Positions 55,178 to 64,000 of a DNA stretch of 64,000 nt are shown here, piece after piece (the stretch's first letter is position 1; the number at the start of each line of letters is the position of its first letter). Under the pieces are notes generated by a model that worked only from the letters and a program-made list of their open reading frames with translations, ran no database searches and was not told the DNA's origin. The position numbers and the translations under genes were made by a program. The DNA is from Eubacteriales bacterium (GTDB lineage: Bacteria; Bacillota; Clostridia; Oscillospirales; CAG-272). The stretch spans positions 51,178 through 115,177 of the forward strand of contig JBGVRH010000046.1 in the NCBI GenBank assembly GCA_045128275.1, written 5' to 3'.

Positions 55178-55999
55178 GTGGAAGCGCTGACTTACCGACT
55201 GGAAACCTTCGAAGGCCCCCTTGATCTTCTGCTCTCCCTGATCCAGAAGAACAAGGTGGAGATCTCGGATATCCCCATCGCCCTGATCTGCGACCAATAC
55301 ATGGCCTACATCACCGAGGCCGAGCGGCTGGATATGGATCTGGCCTCGGAATTCATCGTGATGGCCTCCGAGCTGATGCTCATCAAGAGCAAGATGCTCC
55401 TTCCCAAGGCCGAGCCCGAGGAGGAGGATCCCCGTGCCGAGCTGGCCGACGCCCTGCGCAAATACCAGCAGGCCAAGGCGGCCGCTGCCCTTTTGGGGAA
55501 GGCTTACCCCACCTTCAGCGGGCGCATGGTCAAGGACACCGACGAGATATCCGTGGACAAGACCTTTGTGGCCGACCAATCCGTCACCTCCCTGTGCCAG
55601 GCGGTGCGCCGCATCATCGCCTACCGCGAGGAGCACCCCCAGGCCGACAAGGTGACCTTCACCCCCATGATCGCCAAGCCCATCGTCCCTGTGGAGGCCA
55701 AGATCGTGGGAATTCTCCGCCATTTCGAAAGAAAAGAGAAGGTGACCATGACCTCCCTCATTGAGGATGCGGTCTCCCTTCCCGATATGATCGCCGTGTT
55801 CCTGGGTATTCTGGAGCTGGTCAAGCTTCGCCGCATTGTGCTGGTGGAGCGGGACGACATTTCCGACTCGGTCTACGGCATTGACTCTGAATTCATCATA
55901 GGCGAGGAGCCCGCCGTCCCGGAGGACTCCGAGCTGATCTCGGATTTCGATATCCTACCCGATTCCAAAAGTGAGGAGGTGAACACCCATGCCGACTGA
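55178..55999 (+). CDS. scpA: segregation and condensation protein A
   Basis: 273 aa, GTG start after AAAGGAG. FEGPLDLLLSLIQKNKVEISDIPIA. Confidence 0.9.
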   Translation: MEALTYRLETFEGPLDLLLSLIQKNKVEISDIPIALICDQYMAYITEAERLDMDLASEFIVMASELMLIKSKMLLPKAEPEEEDPRAELADALRKYQQAKAAAALLGKAYPTFSGRMVKDTDEISVDKTFVADQSVTSLCQAVRRIIAYREEHPQADKVTFTPMIAKPIVPVEAKIVGILRHFERKEKVTMTSLIEDAVSLPDMIAVFLGILELVKLRRIVLVERDDISDSVYGIDSEFIIGEEPAVPEDSELISDFDILPDSKSEEVNTHAD

Positions 56000-56639
56000 A
56001 AACAAGAAGGACGCCGTCACAGAAGCGTTAGACTCCATCGAGGCGGTCAAGAAAGCCATCGAGGCCATTCTCTTCGCGGCGGGCTATCCCGTCAAGTACG
56101 AGAAGCTCTCGGAGGTCACGGGACTTTCCCAGAGAGACCTGCGTGGGCTTGTTGAGAGCATGGCTGCCGAGTACGACGGGCGGGGCATTCAGCTTCTTCT
56201 GTACCCCGACACCTGTCAGCTCACCACCAAGGAGGTCTTCGCCCCCTACATCCGCGAGGCCCTGGGCATCAAGCGAGGCGGTAACCTTTCGGCCTCCTCC
56301 CTGGAGGTGCTGGCCGTGGTTGCCTACAACCAGCCCGTGACCCGCGCCTACATCGACACGGTGCGCGGCGTGGACAGCTCCTACGCGGTGACCTCCCTTC
56401 TGGATAAGGGACTCATCGAGGCGGTGGGCCGTCTGGACGCCCCCGGCCGTCCCATGCTCTACGGCACCACCGATAAGTTCCTCCGCGTGTTCGGCCTTCG
56501 CTCCCTGGCGGATCTGCCCGAGACCGAGGCCTTGGACGTGGCCTCCTCCGCGGCGGAGGGGGTGCTGATCGAGGAGGACAAATCCCAGCTCACCATTGAT
56601 TCCGCCGAAGTGCCCGCCGAAGGAAAGGAGGAGACCTAA
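55989..56639 (+). CDS. scpB: segregation and condensation protein B
   Basis: 216 aa, AIEAILFAAGYPV...LEVLAVVAYNQPVTRAYIDTVRGV. Confidence 0.9.
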   Translation: MPTENKKDAVTEALDSIEAVKKAIEAILFAAGYPVKYEKLSEVTGLSQRDLRGLVESMAAEYDGRGIQLLLYPDTCQLTTKEVFAPYIREALGIKRGGNLSASSLEVLAVVAYNQPVTRAYIDTVRGVDSSYAVTSLLDKGLIEAVGRLDAPGRPMLYGTTDKFLRVFGLRSLADLPETEALDVASSAAEGVLIEEDKSQLTIDSAEVPAEGKEET

Positions 56640-57452
56640 ATGCCCGCTCTGATCGTCATAGGGTGCATCATCCTGTTCTTCGTGGTTCTGTTCACGGTAC
56701 ACATCAACGTGCGCATCGCCATGAGCGACGATATGACCCTGACTCTGAAGGTCTTCGGGATCCCCATCAAGATCCTCCCCAAGAAGCCCAAGACCTACAA
56801 TCCCAAGGATTATACCTTAAAGAAGATCCGCAAGCGTGACGCCAAGGCCGCCGAAAAGGCCGCCAAGGCCGCTGAAAAGAAGAAGAAAAAGAAGGCCGAG
56901 AAGGAAGCCAAGAAGGCTGAAAAGGCCGCCGAGGAGGCCAAGCTCACCCCCGAGGAAAAGCAGGCCATCAAGGACAAGAAGAAGGCCTCCCGTCCTCCCA
57001 TCACCGAGCTGATCCCCCTGGCTCTGGATGTGGCCAAGCTCTTCTTCTCCCGCTTCTTCGGAAAGATCCACATCCGTGTCATCAAGCTCAACGTCCGCAT
57101 CGGCGCGGGAGACGCCATGACCGCCGCCGTGATCTACGGTCTGGCCAACCAGGCGGTGCAGTACACCATGGAGTTCCTCCGTAAGTTCTGCCGCGTGGAC
57201 AAGTACAGTCAGTCTGATATCCGCATCGAGCCCGATTTCCTCATTGAGGACATCGCCTTCGCCTTCGATCTCAACGTCCGCGTGACCCTGGGCGGTATGC
57301 TGGGCGCGATTTTCAAGGCGGGCTGGAAGTTTCTCGTGGGCTTTATCAAGATCAAGCCCGATCCCAACCATCCGAAGCCCTCGGTCAAGCCTCCTAAGGC
57401 CCCCAAGCCCGAGCCTGCTCCCCTGCCCGACGCTCCCGAGCCTCGGTCTTAA
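56640..57452 (+). CDS. DUF2953/YtfI-like sporulation membrane protein
   Basis: 270 aa with an N-terminal TM helix and a Lys/Ala/Glu-rich linker. Lies upstream of the ytfJ homologue. Confidence 0.6.
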   Translation: MPALIVIGCIILFFVVLFTVHINVRIAMSDDMTLTLKVFGIPIKILPKKPKTYNPKDYTLKKIRKRDAKAAEKAAKAAEKKKKKKAEKEAKKAEKAAEEAKLTPEEKQAIKDKKKASRPPITELIPLALDVAKLFFSRFFGKIHIRVIKLNVRIGAGDAMTAAVIYGLANQAVQYTMEFLRKFCRVDKYSQSDIRIEPDFLIEDIAFAFDLNVRVTLGGMLGAIFKAGWKFLVGFIKIKPDPNHPKPSVKPPKAPKPEPAPLPDAPEPRS

Positions 57453-57510
57453 TTCCCCTGTTCCCCATTTATAAAATAAAAATACGTAAATAAAGAAAGG
57501 AAACACCATC

Positions 57511-57924
57511 ATGTCCACCAACGAAACCAAGCTGCAAGACGTAATCCAGACCTCCCTTCAGAACATCAAGACTCTGATCGACACCAACACCATCATCGGT
57601 ACCCCCATCACCCACCCCTCGGGCACCGTCATCATCCCCGTCTCCAAGGTCGCTATGGCCTATGCCACCGGCGGTCTGGACTACGTGGGTAAGACCGACC
57701 CCAACGCCAAGCCCGTGAACTTCGGCGCAGGCGGCGGCACCGGCCTGACCCTCCAGCCCATCGGCTTCCTGGTGATCAACGCCGCCGGTGAGGTGGAGAT
57801 GCTCAACGTGGGCGTCAAGAACCCCTCCGATCCCATCGAGCAGATCGCCGATATCATCGAGCGCTCCCCCGAGATCATCGCCCGCGTCAAGGCTCTGCTG
57901 GGCAAGGACAAGGTCGAGGAGTAA
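57511..57924 (+). CDS. ytfJ: GerW/YtfJ-family sporulation protein
   Basis: 137 aa, ...IIGTPITHPSGTVIIPVSKVAMAYATGG...GGGTG. Confidence 0.85.
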   Translation: MSTNETKLQDVIQTSLQNIKTLIDTNTIIGTPITHPSGTVIIPVSKVAMAYATGGLDYVGKTDPNAKPVNFGAGGGTGLTLQPIGFLVINAAGEVEMLNVGVKNPSDPIEQIADIIERSPEIIARVKALLGKDKVEE

Positions 57925-57976
57925 TTTCTTCCCGTAGTTCGTGATCCTGTCCTCCTGCTCGGACAGGTGTCATAAA

Positions 57977-58034
57977 GCCTCCCGTCCCGCCGTATAGTGT
58001 GGTATACCATGCTTGTACCACGGAGGGACGGGAG
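57977..58034 (+). promoter_or_regulatory. leader stem sequestering the dacB Shine-Dalgarno
   Basis: GCCTCCCGTCCCGCCGT (57977-57993) is complementary at 14 of 15 positions to ACGGAGGGACGGGAG (58020-58034), which contains the GGAGG directly before ATG 58035. Confidence 0.45.
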
Positions 58035-59312
58035 ATGCGCCATACCAACCACACTCATCATACACGGCTCCTGCGGGCGGCGTTTGCCACGATGGCAACG
58101 GTGCTCTTGTTTTTGACGGTCGCGGGGGTCTTTTTTCCTGTTGTTCCTCTCGCCCGGGAGGGTGTCCCCACCGCGGCGGGACTGTCACCCGACCAAAGCG
58201 GCTCGGTGGTGATCCCTGCGGGAGACGCTTCCCTGCCTGTCGCGCTGACGGGGGTCAACGCCCGCGCCGCTGTGCTGATGGAGGCGGGCTCGGGGAACGT
58301 GATCTTCGGACAGAACGAGAATGCCCGCTTGCCCATGGCCTCCACCACCAAGATCATGACGGCTCTGGTGGCTCTGGAGGCGTTGCCTTTGGATACACCC
58401 GTCAAGATCACCGCCGAATCCGTGGGGGTGGAGGGATCCTCCATCTATCTTGTGGAGGGGGAGGTGCTGACTCTGGAGCAGCTGCTCTACGCCCTGCTTC
58501 TGGAGTCCGCCAACGATGCCGCTTCGGCTATCGCGGTGGCGGTTTCGGGGAGCGTGGAGGAATTTGCCGAGCGCATGAACCGAAAGGCTTCCGAGCTGGG
58601 GCTGACGGATACCCATTTCGTCAATCCCCACGGGCTGGATCATGAAGATCACTACACCACGGCCTATGAGCTGGCGGTCATCACCCGGGCGGCTTTGGAG
58701 AACGAGATCTTCCGCGCCATCTGCGCCACCGAGCGAAAGACCATTCCCCTTCACGGCACCGAGGGGGTGCGGCTGCTTCTGAATCACAATAAGCTTCTGG
58801 GCAGCTACGAGGGCTGTATCGGGGTCAAGACGGGGTTCACCAAGAAGACAGGACGGTGTCTGGTCTCCGCCGCAAAGCGGGATGGAGTCACCCTCATCGC
58901 CGTCACCCTGAACGCCCCCGACGATTGGCGGGATCACGCCGCCATGCTGGACTACGGCTTTGGCCTGTATGAGACGATTCCGCTCTGCGAGGCGGGATTC
59001 TTCTCGGCTCCTCTGTGGCTGGTGTCGGGCACCCAGGAGTACGTTATGGCGGAGAACACCGACTCCCTCGCCGTGACTCTGCGGCGGGATCACGGCCCCA
59101 TCCGCTGTGTGGTGGAGCTTCCCCGCTTTGCCTTCGCCCCTGTGCGGGCGGAGGAGACCGTGGGTTCTCTGCGCTTCTTTGAGGAGGCGCGGGACGGCAC
59201 CAAACGGGAGCTGGGGGCAGTACCGCTGAAGGCGGCCTACGGAGTGGAGGCGGTCACTTACCCGCAAGGCTTTTGGGAGCGGTTGCTTGCTCTCTTTCAA
59301 AAAAAGAATTGA
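58035..59312 (+). CDS. dacB: D-alanyl-D-alanine carboxypeptidase (peptidase S11, DacB-like)
   Basis: 425 aa with signal/TM helix, SxxK ASTTK, SxN ESANDAA and KTG KTGFT. Confidence 0.85.
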   Translation: MRHTNHTHHTRLLRAAFATMATVLLFLTVAGVFFPVVPLAREGVPTAAGLSPDQSGSVVIPAGDASLPVALTGVNARAAVLMEAGSGNVIFGQNENARLPMASTTKIMTALVALEALPLDTPVKITAESVGVEGSSIYLVEGEVLTLEQLLYALLLESANDAASAIAVAVSGSVEEFAERMNRKASELGLTDTHFVNPHGLDHEDHYTTAYELAVITRAALENEIFRAICATERKTIPLHGTEGVRLLLNHNKLLGSYEGCIGVKTGFTKKTGRCLVSAAKRDGVTLIAVTLNAPDDWRDHAAMLDYGFGLYETIPLCEAGFFSAPLWLVSGTQEYVMAENTDSLAVTLRRDHGPIRCVVELPRFAFAPVRAEETVGSLRFFEEARDGTKRELGAVPLKAAYGVEAVTYPQGFWERLLALFQKKN

Positions 59313-59332
59313 CACAAAAAGGAAATTTTGAT

Positions 59333-60058
59333 ATGGAACCCATTCGCATTTCCAAATATTTCACCGACTGCGGGGTCATGTCCCGCCGTGCCGCCGACAC
59401 CGCCGTGGAGCGGGGGGAGGTCAAGGTCAACGGAGTCACCGCCGTTCTGGGACAGAAGGTGGATCCCGACACCGACACCGTGACCTGGAAGGGCAAGAAG
59501 ATTATCCTGCCCGCCAAGCCCGCCAAGACGGTGATCATGCTCAACAAGCCCCGCGGCTATCTCACCACCCTGTCGGATGACAAGGGACGGCACACCGTGG
59601 CCGAGCTGGTGGCCGATGCGGGGGTGCGCCTGTACCCTGTGGGGCGGTTGGATATGGATTCCGACGGTCTGCTCCTCCTCACCAACGACGGCGATCTGGC
59701 CAACAAGCTGGCCCACCCCTCCCATGAGGTGAAGAAGGTCTACCTGGCCTACGTGGAGGGCAACGTCACCGCCGAGCAGATGACGGGCATGACCCGCCCC
59801 ATAGAGATCGACGGCAAGATGACCTCCCCCGCCGAGGTACGCAAGGCCGCCTTCAACGGGTTCGAGACCGCTCTGGAGGTCACCATCCACGACGGCCGTA
59901 ACCGCCAGGTGCGCCGACTGTGCGAGCGGGAGGGGCTGTACGTCCGCAAGCTGACCCGAGTGGCCGAGGGGCCTCTGCTCCTGGGGGATCTGGACGAGGG
60001 CAAGTGGCGCCGTCTCACCGCTTCTGAGGTTCGCAAGCTCAAGGGAAGCCACAACTGA
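59333..60058 (+). CDS. rluB: pseudouridine synthase (RsuA/RluB family)
   Basis: 241 aa with an S4 domain N-terminus and catalytic GRLDMDSDGLLLLTNDG. Confidence 0.9.
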   Translation: MEPIRISKYFTDCGVMSRRAADTAVERGEVKVNGVTAVLGQKVDPDTDTVTWKGKKIILPAKPAKTVIMLNKPRGYLTTLSDDKGRHTVAELVADAGVRLYPVGRLDMDSDGLLLLTNDGDLANKLAHPSHEVKKVYLAYVEGNVTAEQMTGMTRPIEIDGKMTSPAEVRKAAFNGFETALEVTIHDGRNRQVRRLCEREGLYVRKLTRVAEGPLLLGDLDEGKWRRLTASEVRKLKGSHN

Positions 60059-60079
60059 CACCGAGAAAGGAATTTCATC

Positions 60080-60502
60080 ATGCTGGAAGTATTACCCATT
60101 CAGACCAAGACCGAGCAGGCGGAGATCTGCGCCCGCGCAGGGGTCGCTTTTCAGGAAAACGATATGGCGTACCGCGCCTCGGTGGACGGGGAGCTGACCG
60201 CCGTCTGCCAGTTCTGCATGGACGCGGAGGGCGGCCATATCCATACTCTCGCCATGCTCAAGGACAGAGAATTCTCCGACCGCGACCGCATCGAGTCCCT
60301 CTTCGTCACGGGCCGCGCCGCCATGAATTTCATCGACCTCTGCGGCGTCCACAAGGCCTACTTTGAGGACGAGGCCTTCGAGAGCGAGGGCATGATCAAG
60401 TCCATCGGCTTTTCAAAGCTGGAGGACGGACGGTGGTTCGTGGATCTCACCGACTTCTTCGTGGAGCCCTGCCAGCACGGGCATGGGCTGAAGAAGGAAT
60501 AA
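60080..60502 (+). CDS. hypothetical protein
   Basis: 140 aa, coding-like composition. Possibly a GNAT-like fold; not confidently recognised. Confidence 0.5.
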   Translation: MLEVLPIQTKTEQAEICARAGVAFQENDMAYRASVDGELTAVCQFCMDAEGGHIHTLAMLKDREFSDRDRIESLFVTGRAAMNFIDLCGVHKAYFEDEAFESEGMIKSIGFSKLEDGRWFVDLTDFFVEPCQHGHGLKKE

Positions 60503-60524
60503 GCTGTTTTCAACGCATTCTCCC

Positions 60525-60583
60525 TTGACAGGGACGCATCTATATGATATAATGGCATTATCGAGACAATCGGTAATGCCATT
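60525..60583 (+). promoter_or_regulatory. sigma-A promoter overlapped by a 10-bp inverted repeat
   Basis: TTGACA (60525-30), 17-nt spacer, TATAAT (60548-53). AATGGCATTA-N13-TAATGCCATT (60551-60583) is followed by ATTTTTT. Duplicated at 63033-63091. Confidence 0.6.
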
Positions 60584-60604
60584 ATTTTTTGAAAGGAATC
60601 TACC

Positions 60605-63019
60605 ATGAAGCACACCGCTCTGCGTTTTCTGATCGCTTCCCTGCTCATCCTCGTCATGGCTCTGCCCCTGTTCGCCTGCGACAAGGGGAATACCCCCGAC
60701 GAGACCACCCTGCCTGCCGACACCACGGACACGCCTGCCGAGACCCCCACCGAACAGCCTACCGAGACCCCTACGGAGGAGCCCACGGAGGAGGTCACCG
60801 AGCCCGAGGCGCCTCTGCCCACCGAGATCACCCTCCCTGAGGCATACACGACCGCCGACATCGTCTACGAGTGTGAAGACGGCTCCGTGGTCTACTCCTA
60901 TAACGGCAAGACCGCCAAGGACTTTGAGGCGGTGACGGCCCACTATACGAGTGGAGGCTACAAGCAGTACAGCTCCATCATCCAGGGCGAGAATCCCGCC
61001 GCCACCTTCGTAGGCGACGGTCCCATGGCTCATATCTACTGGATCAAGGCCACGGGAGAGCTGAGCATCGCCATCTCGGCCGACGCTGCCCACACCCTGC
61101 CTCCCATGACCCCCGCCGCCACCGACGGCGAGTACGAATGCAACGTGGCGCAGATGAAGGATACCCAGAACTTCATCGGCATGGGCTACGTCATTCAGCT
61201 GAAGGACGGCTCCTTCATCGTCTACGACGGCTCCTACGCCAACCAGACCTCCACCATCGTCCGTTACATCACGAACGCATGGAAGGGTGAGGGCAAGCCC
61301 ACCGTCCGCGCGTGGGTGCTGACTCATTCCCACAACGATCACTACCCCGCCTTTGAGGAATTCGCCAACAACAAGCGCTTCCGCGATCAGATCACGGTGG
61401 AGCACGTCATCGTCTCCCCTCTGAACGACGAGAGGTTCGCTCTCAACGATGTGGAGGAGTTCTACCTCAGCACCAAGTTCTGGGACGATGTGAAGAATCT
61501 GGAGGGTGCCAAGGTGGTCTTCGCCCACACGGGCATGAACTTCACCTTCTGTAATCTGGATATGGAGATCCTCTACACCCCCGAGAACGGCTACAAGACC
61601 GCCACCTCGGTGGGCAACTTCAACAACACCAGTATCGTCTCCCGCCTGTACGCCGAGGGCTACTCGGCTATGTTTACGGGTGACGTCAGCAACGTGGGCG
61701 TGGATTTCCTCATGAACGCCTACGGGGACTACCTGAAGAGCGATATGTGTCAGGTCTCCCACCACGGTGTGGAGGGTGAGTACATCCTGCCCTTCTACGA
61801 CACCGTCAAGGCTCCCATCCTCTTCTACCCCGCCTCCCTCGCGCTGTACGATATGACCGAGGCCGCCTACAGCCCCAAGGTGCATATCGCCCTGGAGAAG
61901 CGGGACTACGTCAAGGAGATCCTCATCCACCAGATCAGCCAGTTCACCCGCGCGTGGGGCACCACCTTCCCTGCCGACGCTACGCTGAATATGCACGGCT
62001 ACAACCCTCCCGAGATCCGCTATGAGGGACAAAACGATATCCCCGAGTCCGACCGTCTGACCGTGAACAAGAGGGTCTTCAAGGTGGGTGAACCCATCAT
62101 GATCACCGCTGTCGGTGACGGCTACGACTGGGTGGGTATCTTCGACAAGCCCAACACCATCAGCGGCGCGTACCGTTGGTGGAGACTCCACGACAACGAC
62201 GACGAGGACTACCCCGTTGCCCCCGCAGGCACGCCCTTCGACGCGCTGACACAGCCCGCCGACAGAACCAACGGTGAGATCCCCGCCGGCACGTGGTACA
62301 TCGTCCTCATCGACGAGGACAACGGCGCCGTAGGCGTGGGCTCCGTGACCATCGCCATCGTTGAGGATATCCCCGTGGCCGATCCGCTGGCTCCCTCCAT
62401 CCACGTGACCTTCGACGGCGCCGCCGAGGACGCCTGCGGAAACACCACCGTCAAGACCCACGGCAACGCCGTCTACGAGGAGGGCGTCAAGGGGCAGGGC
62501 GCTGTGGTCGGCACCGACTACTTCTCCATCCTCGGCTACGATCCCGATAACAAGAGCTTCACCATCTCGGTCTGGGCCAAGGTGAAGAGCATCACGGGTG
62601 ATCCCGCTCTCTTCGCCACCAAGGAATGGGCCAGCGGCTCTTACAAGGGATTTGCGCTGGGCATCGACGGCACGAGCAACCTCCATGCCAACATCGGTGA
62701 CGGCTCTCACCGCGTGGACATTAAGCCCGACCTGCCCTCCGGTGTGCTGAACGAGTGGGTTCACTACACCCTCGTCGTGGATCGCATGGCAGGCGAGATG
62801 AAGGTCAGCATCAACTTCGGCGCGTTCAAGACCGTGTCCATCCCCGCCAATCTCATCAACGCTCCCTACGGCGGTGAGGGCGCGCTGTTCATCGGTCAGG
62901 ACGCCACGGGCAACTACCAGCACGGCAAGATGACCGTCACGGTGGACGAGTTCATGGTATTTGACCACGCCCTGAATTCCGAGGATCTTTCCAAGCTGGC
63001 CGAAAGCTACGGGAAATAA
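60605..63019 (+). CDS. lipoprotein with metallo-beta-lactamase fold and C-terminal LamG/concanavalin-like domain
   Basis: 804 aa with lipobox LPLFAC, a Thr/Pro/Glu linker, HxHxDH motif THSHNDH, later SHHG, and a C-terminal Laminin_G_3-like region (...FTISVWAKV...VDEFMVFDHALNSEDL). Confidence 0.7.
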   Translation: MKHTALRFLIASLLILVMALPLFACDKGNTPDETTLPADTTDTPAETPTEQPTETPTEEPTEEVTEPEAPLPTEITLPEAYTTADIVYECEDGSVVYSYNGKTAKDFEAVTAHYTSGGYKQYSSIIQGENPAATFVGDGPMAHIYWIKATGELSIAISADAAHTLPPMTPAATDGEYECNVAQMKDTQNFIGMGYVIQLKDGSFIVYDGSYANQTSTIVRYITNAWKGEGKPTVRAWVLTHSHNDHYPAFEEFANNKRFRDQITVEHVIVSPLNDERFALNDVEEFYLSTKFWDDVKNLEGAKVVFAHTGMNFTFCNLDMEILYTPENGYKTATSVGNFNNTSIVSRLYAEGYSAMFTGDVSNVGVDFLMNAYGDYLKSDMCQVSHHGVEGEYILPFYDTVKAPILFYPASLALYDMTEAAYSPKVHIALEKRDYVKEILIHQISQFTRAWGTTFPADATLNMHGYNPPEIRYEGQNDIPESDRLTVNKRVFKVGEPIMITAVGDGYDWVGIFDKPNTISGAYRWWRLHDNDDEDYPVAPAGTPFDALTQPADRTNGEIPAGTWYIVLIDEDNGAVGVGSVTIAIVEDIPVADPLAPSIHVTFDGAAEDACGNTTVKTHGNAVYEEGVKGQGAVVGTDYFSILGYDPDNKSFTISVWAKVKSITGDPALFATKEWASGSYKGFALGIDGTSNLHANIGDGSHRVDIKPDLPSGVLNEWVHYTLVVDRMAGEMKVSINFGAFKTVSIPANLINAPYGGEGALFIGQDATGNYQHGKMTVTVDEFMVFDHALNSEDLSKLAESYGK

Positions 63020-63032
63020 AAACTCATCCGTA

Positions 63033-63091
63033 TTGACAAGCACCCCATTCTATGATATAATGGCATTATCGAGATAATCGGTAATGCCATT
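63033..63091 (+). promoter_or_regulatory. duplicate promoter/palindrome
   Basis: TTGACA (63033-38), 17-nt spacer, TATAAT (63056-61). AATGGCATTA-N13-TAATGCCATT (63059-63091). Confidence 0.6.
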
Positions 63092-63113
63092 ATTTTTTGA
63101 AAGGAATCTGACC

Positions 63114-64000
63114 ATGAAGCACACCGCTCTGCGTTTTCTGATCGCGTCCCTGCTGATCCTCGCCATGGCTCTGCCCCTGTTCGCCTGTGACAAGGGGAAT
63201 GCCCCCGACGAGACCACCCTCCCCTCCGCTGACGGAAGCGAGACCCCCGCGCCCGACACCGAGGCTCCTACCGAGGCCGAGACCGAGGCGCCTCTGCCCA
63301 CCGAGGTGAGCCTGCCCGAGGCCTATCAAACCGCCGACATCGTCTATCCCTGCAATGACGGCTCCACCCTCTACACCTACGCGGGCAAGACCGCCGAGGA
63401 TTTCGCCGCGGTCTGCGCCCATTACAAGGGGCTGGGCTTCAAGGTCTACTCGGATACGGTCAAGGCCGAGAACACCGCCACCACCTTCGTGGGTGACGGC
63501 CCCATGGCTCATATCTATTGGCACAAGGCCAAGGGTGAGCTGAACATCGTCCTGTCCGACACCGCCGCCGCTACCCTGCCTCCCATGACCCCCGAGGTGA
63601 CCGACGGTGAGTACGAATGCACGGTCATGCAGATGAAGGACAGCACCAACGTCAACGGCATGTGCTACGTCATTCAGCTGAAGGACGGCTCCTACATCGT
63701 CTACGACGGCTCTTATGCCACCCAGGCCCGTAAGATGGTCACCTACATGGAAGAAAACTACAAGGGAGAGGGCAAGCCCACCGTCCGCGCTTGGGTATTG
63801 ACCCACTCCCACGGCGACCACTACCCCACCTTCCAGACGGTCACAAGACGGATGGATGATGCCATCAACGTGGAGTATATCGTGTATTCCCCTCTCCGCG
63901 AGGAGGACTACGAGATGAACGATGAAGAGATCTACTTCAGCACCGAGAAGTTCCAAAATGATGCCGCCGAGCTGGACGGCGCGAAGCTGGTCTACGCCCA
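63114..64000 (+). CDS. paralogous MBL-fold lipoprotein (partial, runs off the window)
   Basis: MKHTALRFLIASLLILAMALPLFAC... is nearly identical to the 60605 gene over the signal peptide, then diverges. THSHGDH motif. No stop before the window end. Confidence 0.7.
   Translation, partial: MKHTALRFLIASLLILAMALPLFACDKGNAPDETTLPSADGSETPAPDTEAPTEAETEAPLPTEVSLPEAYQTADIVYPCNDGSTLYTYAGKTAEDFAAVCAHYKGLGFKVYSDTVKAENTATTFVGDGPMAHIYWHKAKGELNIVLSDTAAATLPPMTPEVTDGEYECTVMQMKDSTNVNGMCYVIQLKDGSYIVYDGSYATQARKMVTYMEENYKGEGKPTVRAWVLTHSHGDHYPTFQTVTRRMDDAINVEYIVYSPLREEDYEMNDEEIYFSTEKFQNDAAELDGAKLVYA

Overview
High-GC chromosomal segment of a spore-forming Firmicute (Clostridia-like; this placement is inferred from gene content only). 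It is mostly core housekeeping and sporulation genes. These include smpB plus tmRNA, hup-yabO-yabP-yabQ-divIC, a spoVB-like flippase, rpsB-tsf, ylmC, a Clp ATPase, two RumA-family rRNA methyltransferases, rsmF, cotF, lon-ysxC, lysA, scpA-scpB, ytfI/ytfJ-like genes, dacB and rluB. Lower-GC accessory patches interrupt this backbone: an integrase island abutting the tmRNA 3' end, an acyltransferase-3 gene, an Mrr-like/HEAR-repeat endonuclease islet, a RAYT-like HUH transposase, and an AT-rich block fused in frame to a GDPD gene. The most unusual signal is non-coding. Long-hairpin intergenic elements sit at or within a few nt of stop codons. They have conserved imperfect terminal inverted repeats (TTCAAATTTGGGTTT... 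/ ...AAACNGCAATTT), but their stems differ between copies and are built from low-complexity tandem units (7-nt or about 18-20-nt mini-hairpins). One inverted array pair encloses a four-helix-bundle (23S rRNA IVS/Avd family) ORF, and a RAYT-like gene lies about 4 kb away. Other oddities are a P-type-ATPase-like protein lacking all catalytic motifs, two genes each broken by an apparent 1-nt deletion, a Cys-rich protein, and tandem paralogous MBL-LamG lipoproteins with a near-identical promoter/palindrome. No rRNA, tRNA or CRISPR array was seen. All calls come from reading the sequence and ORF translations; no database search was run.
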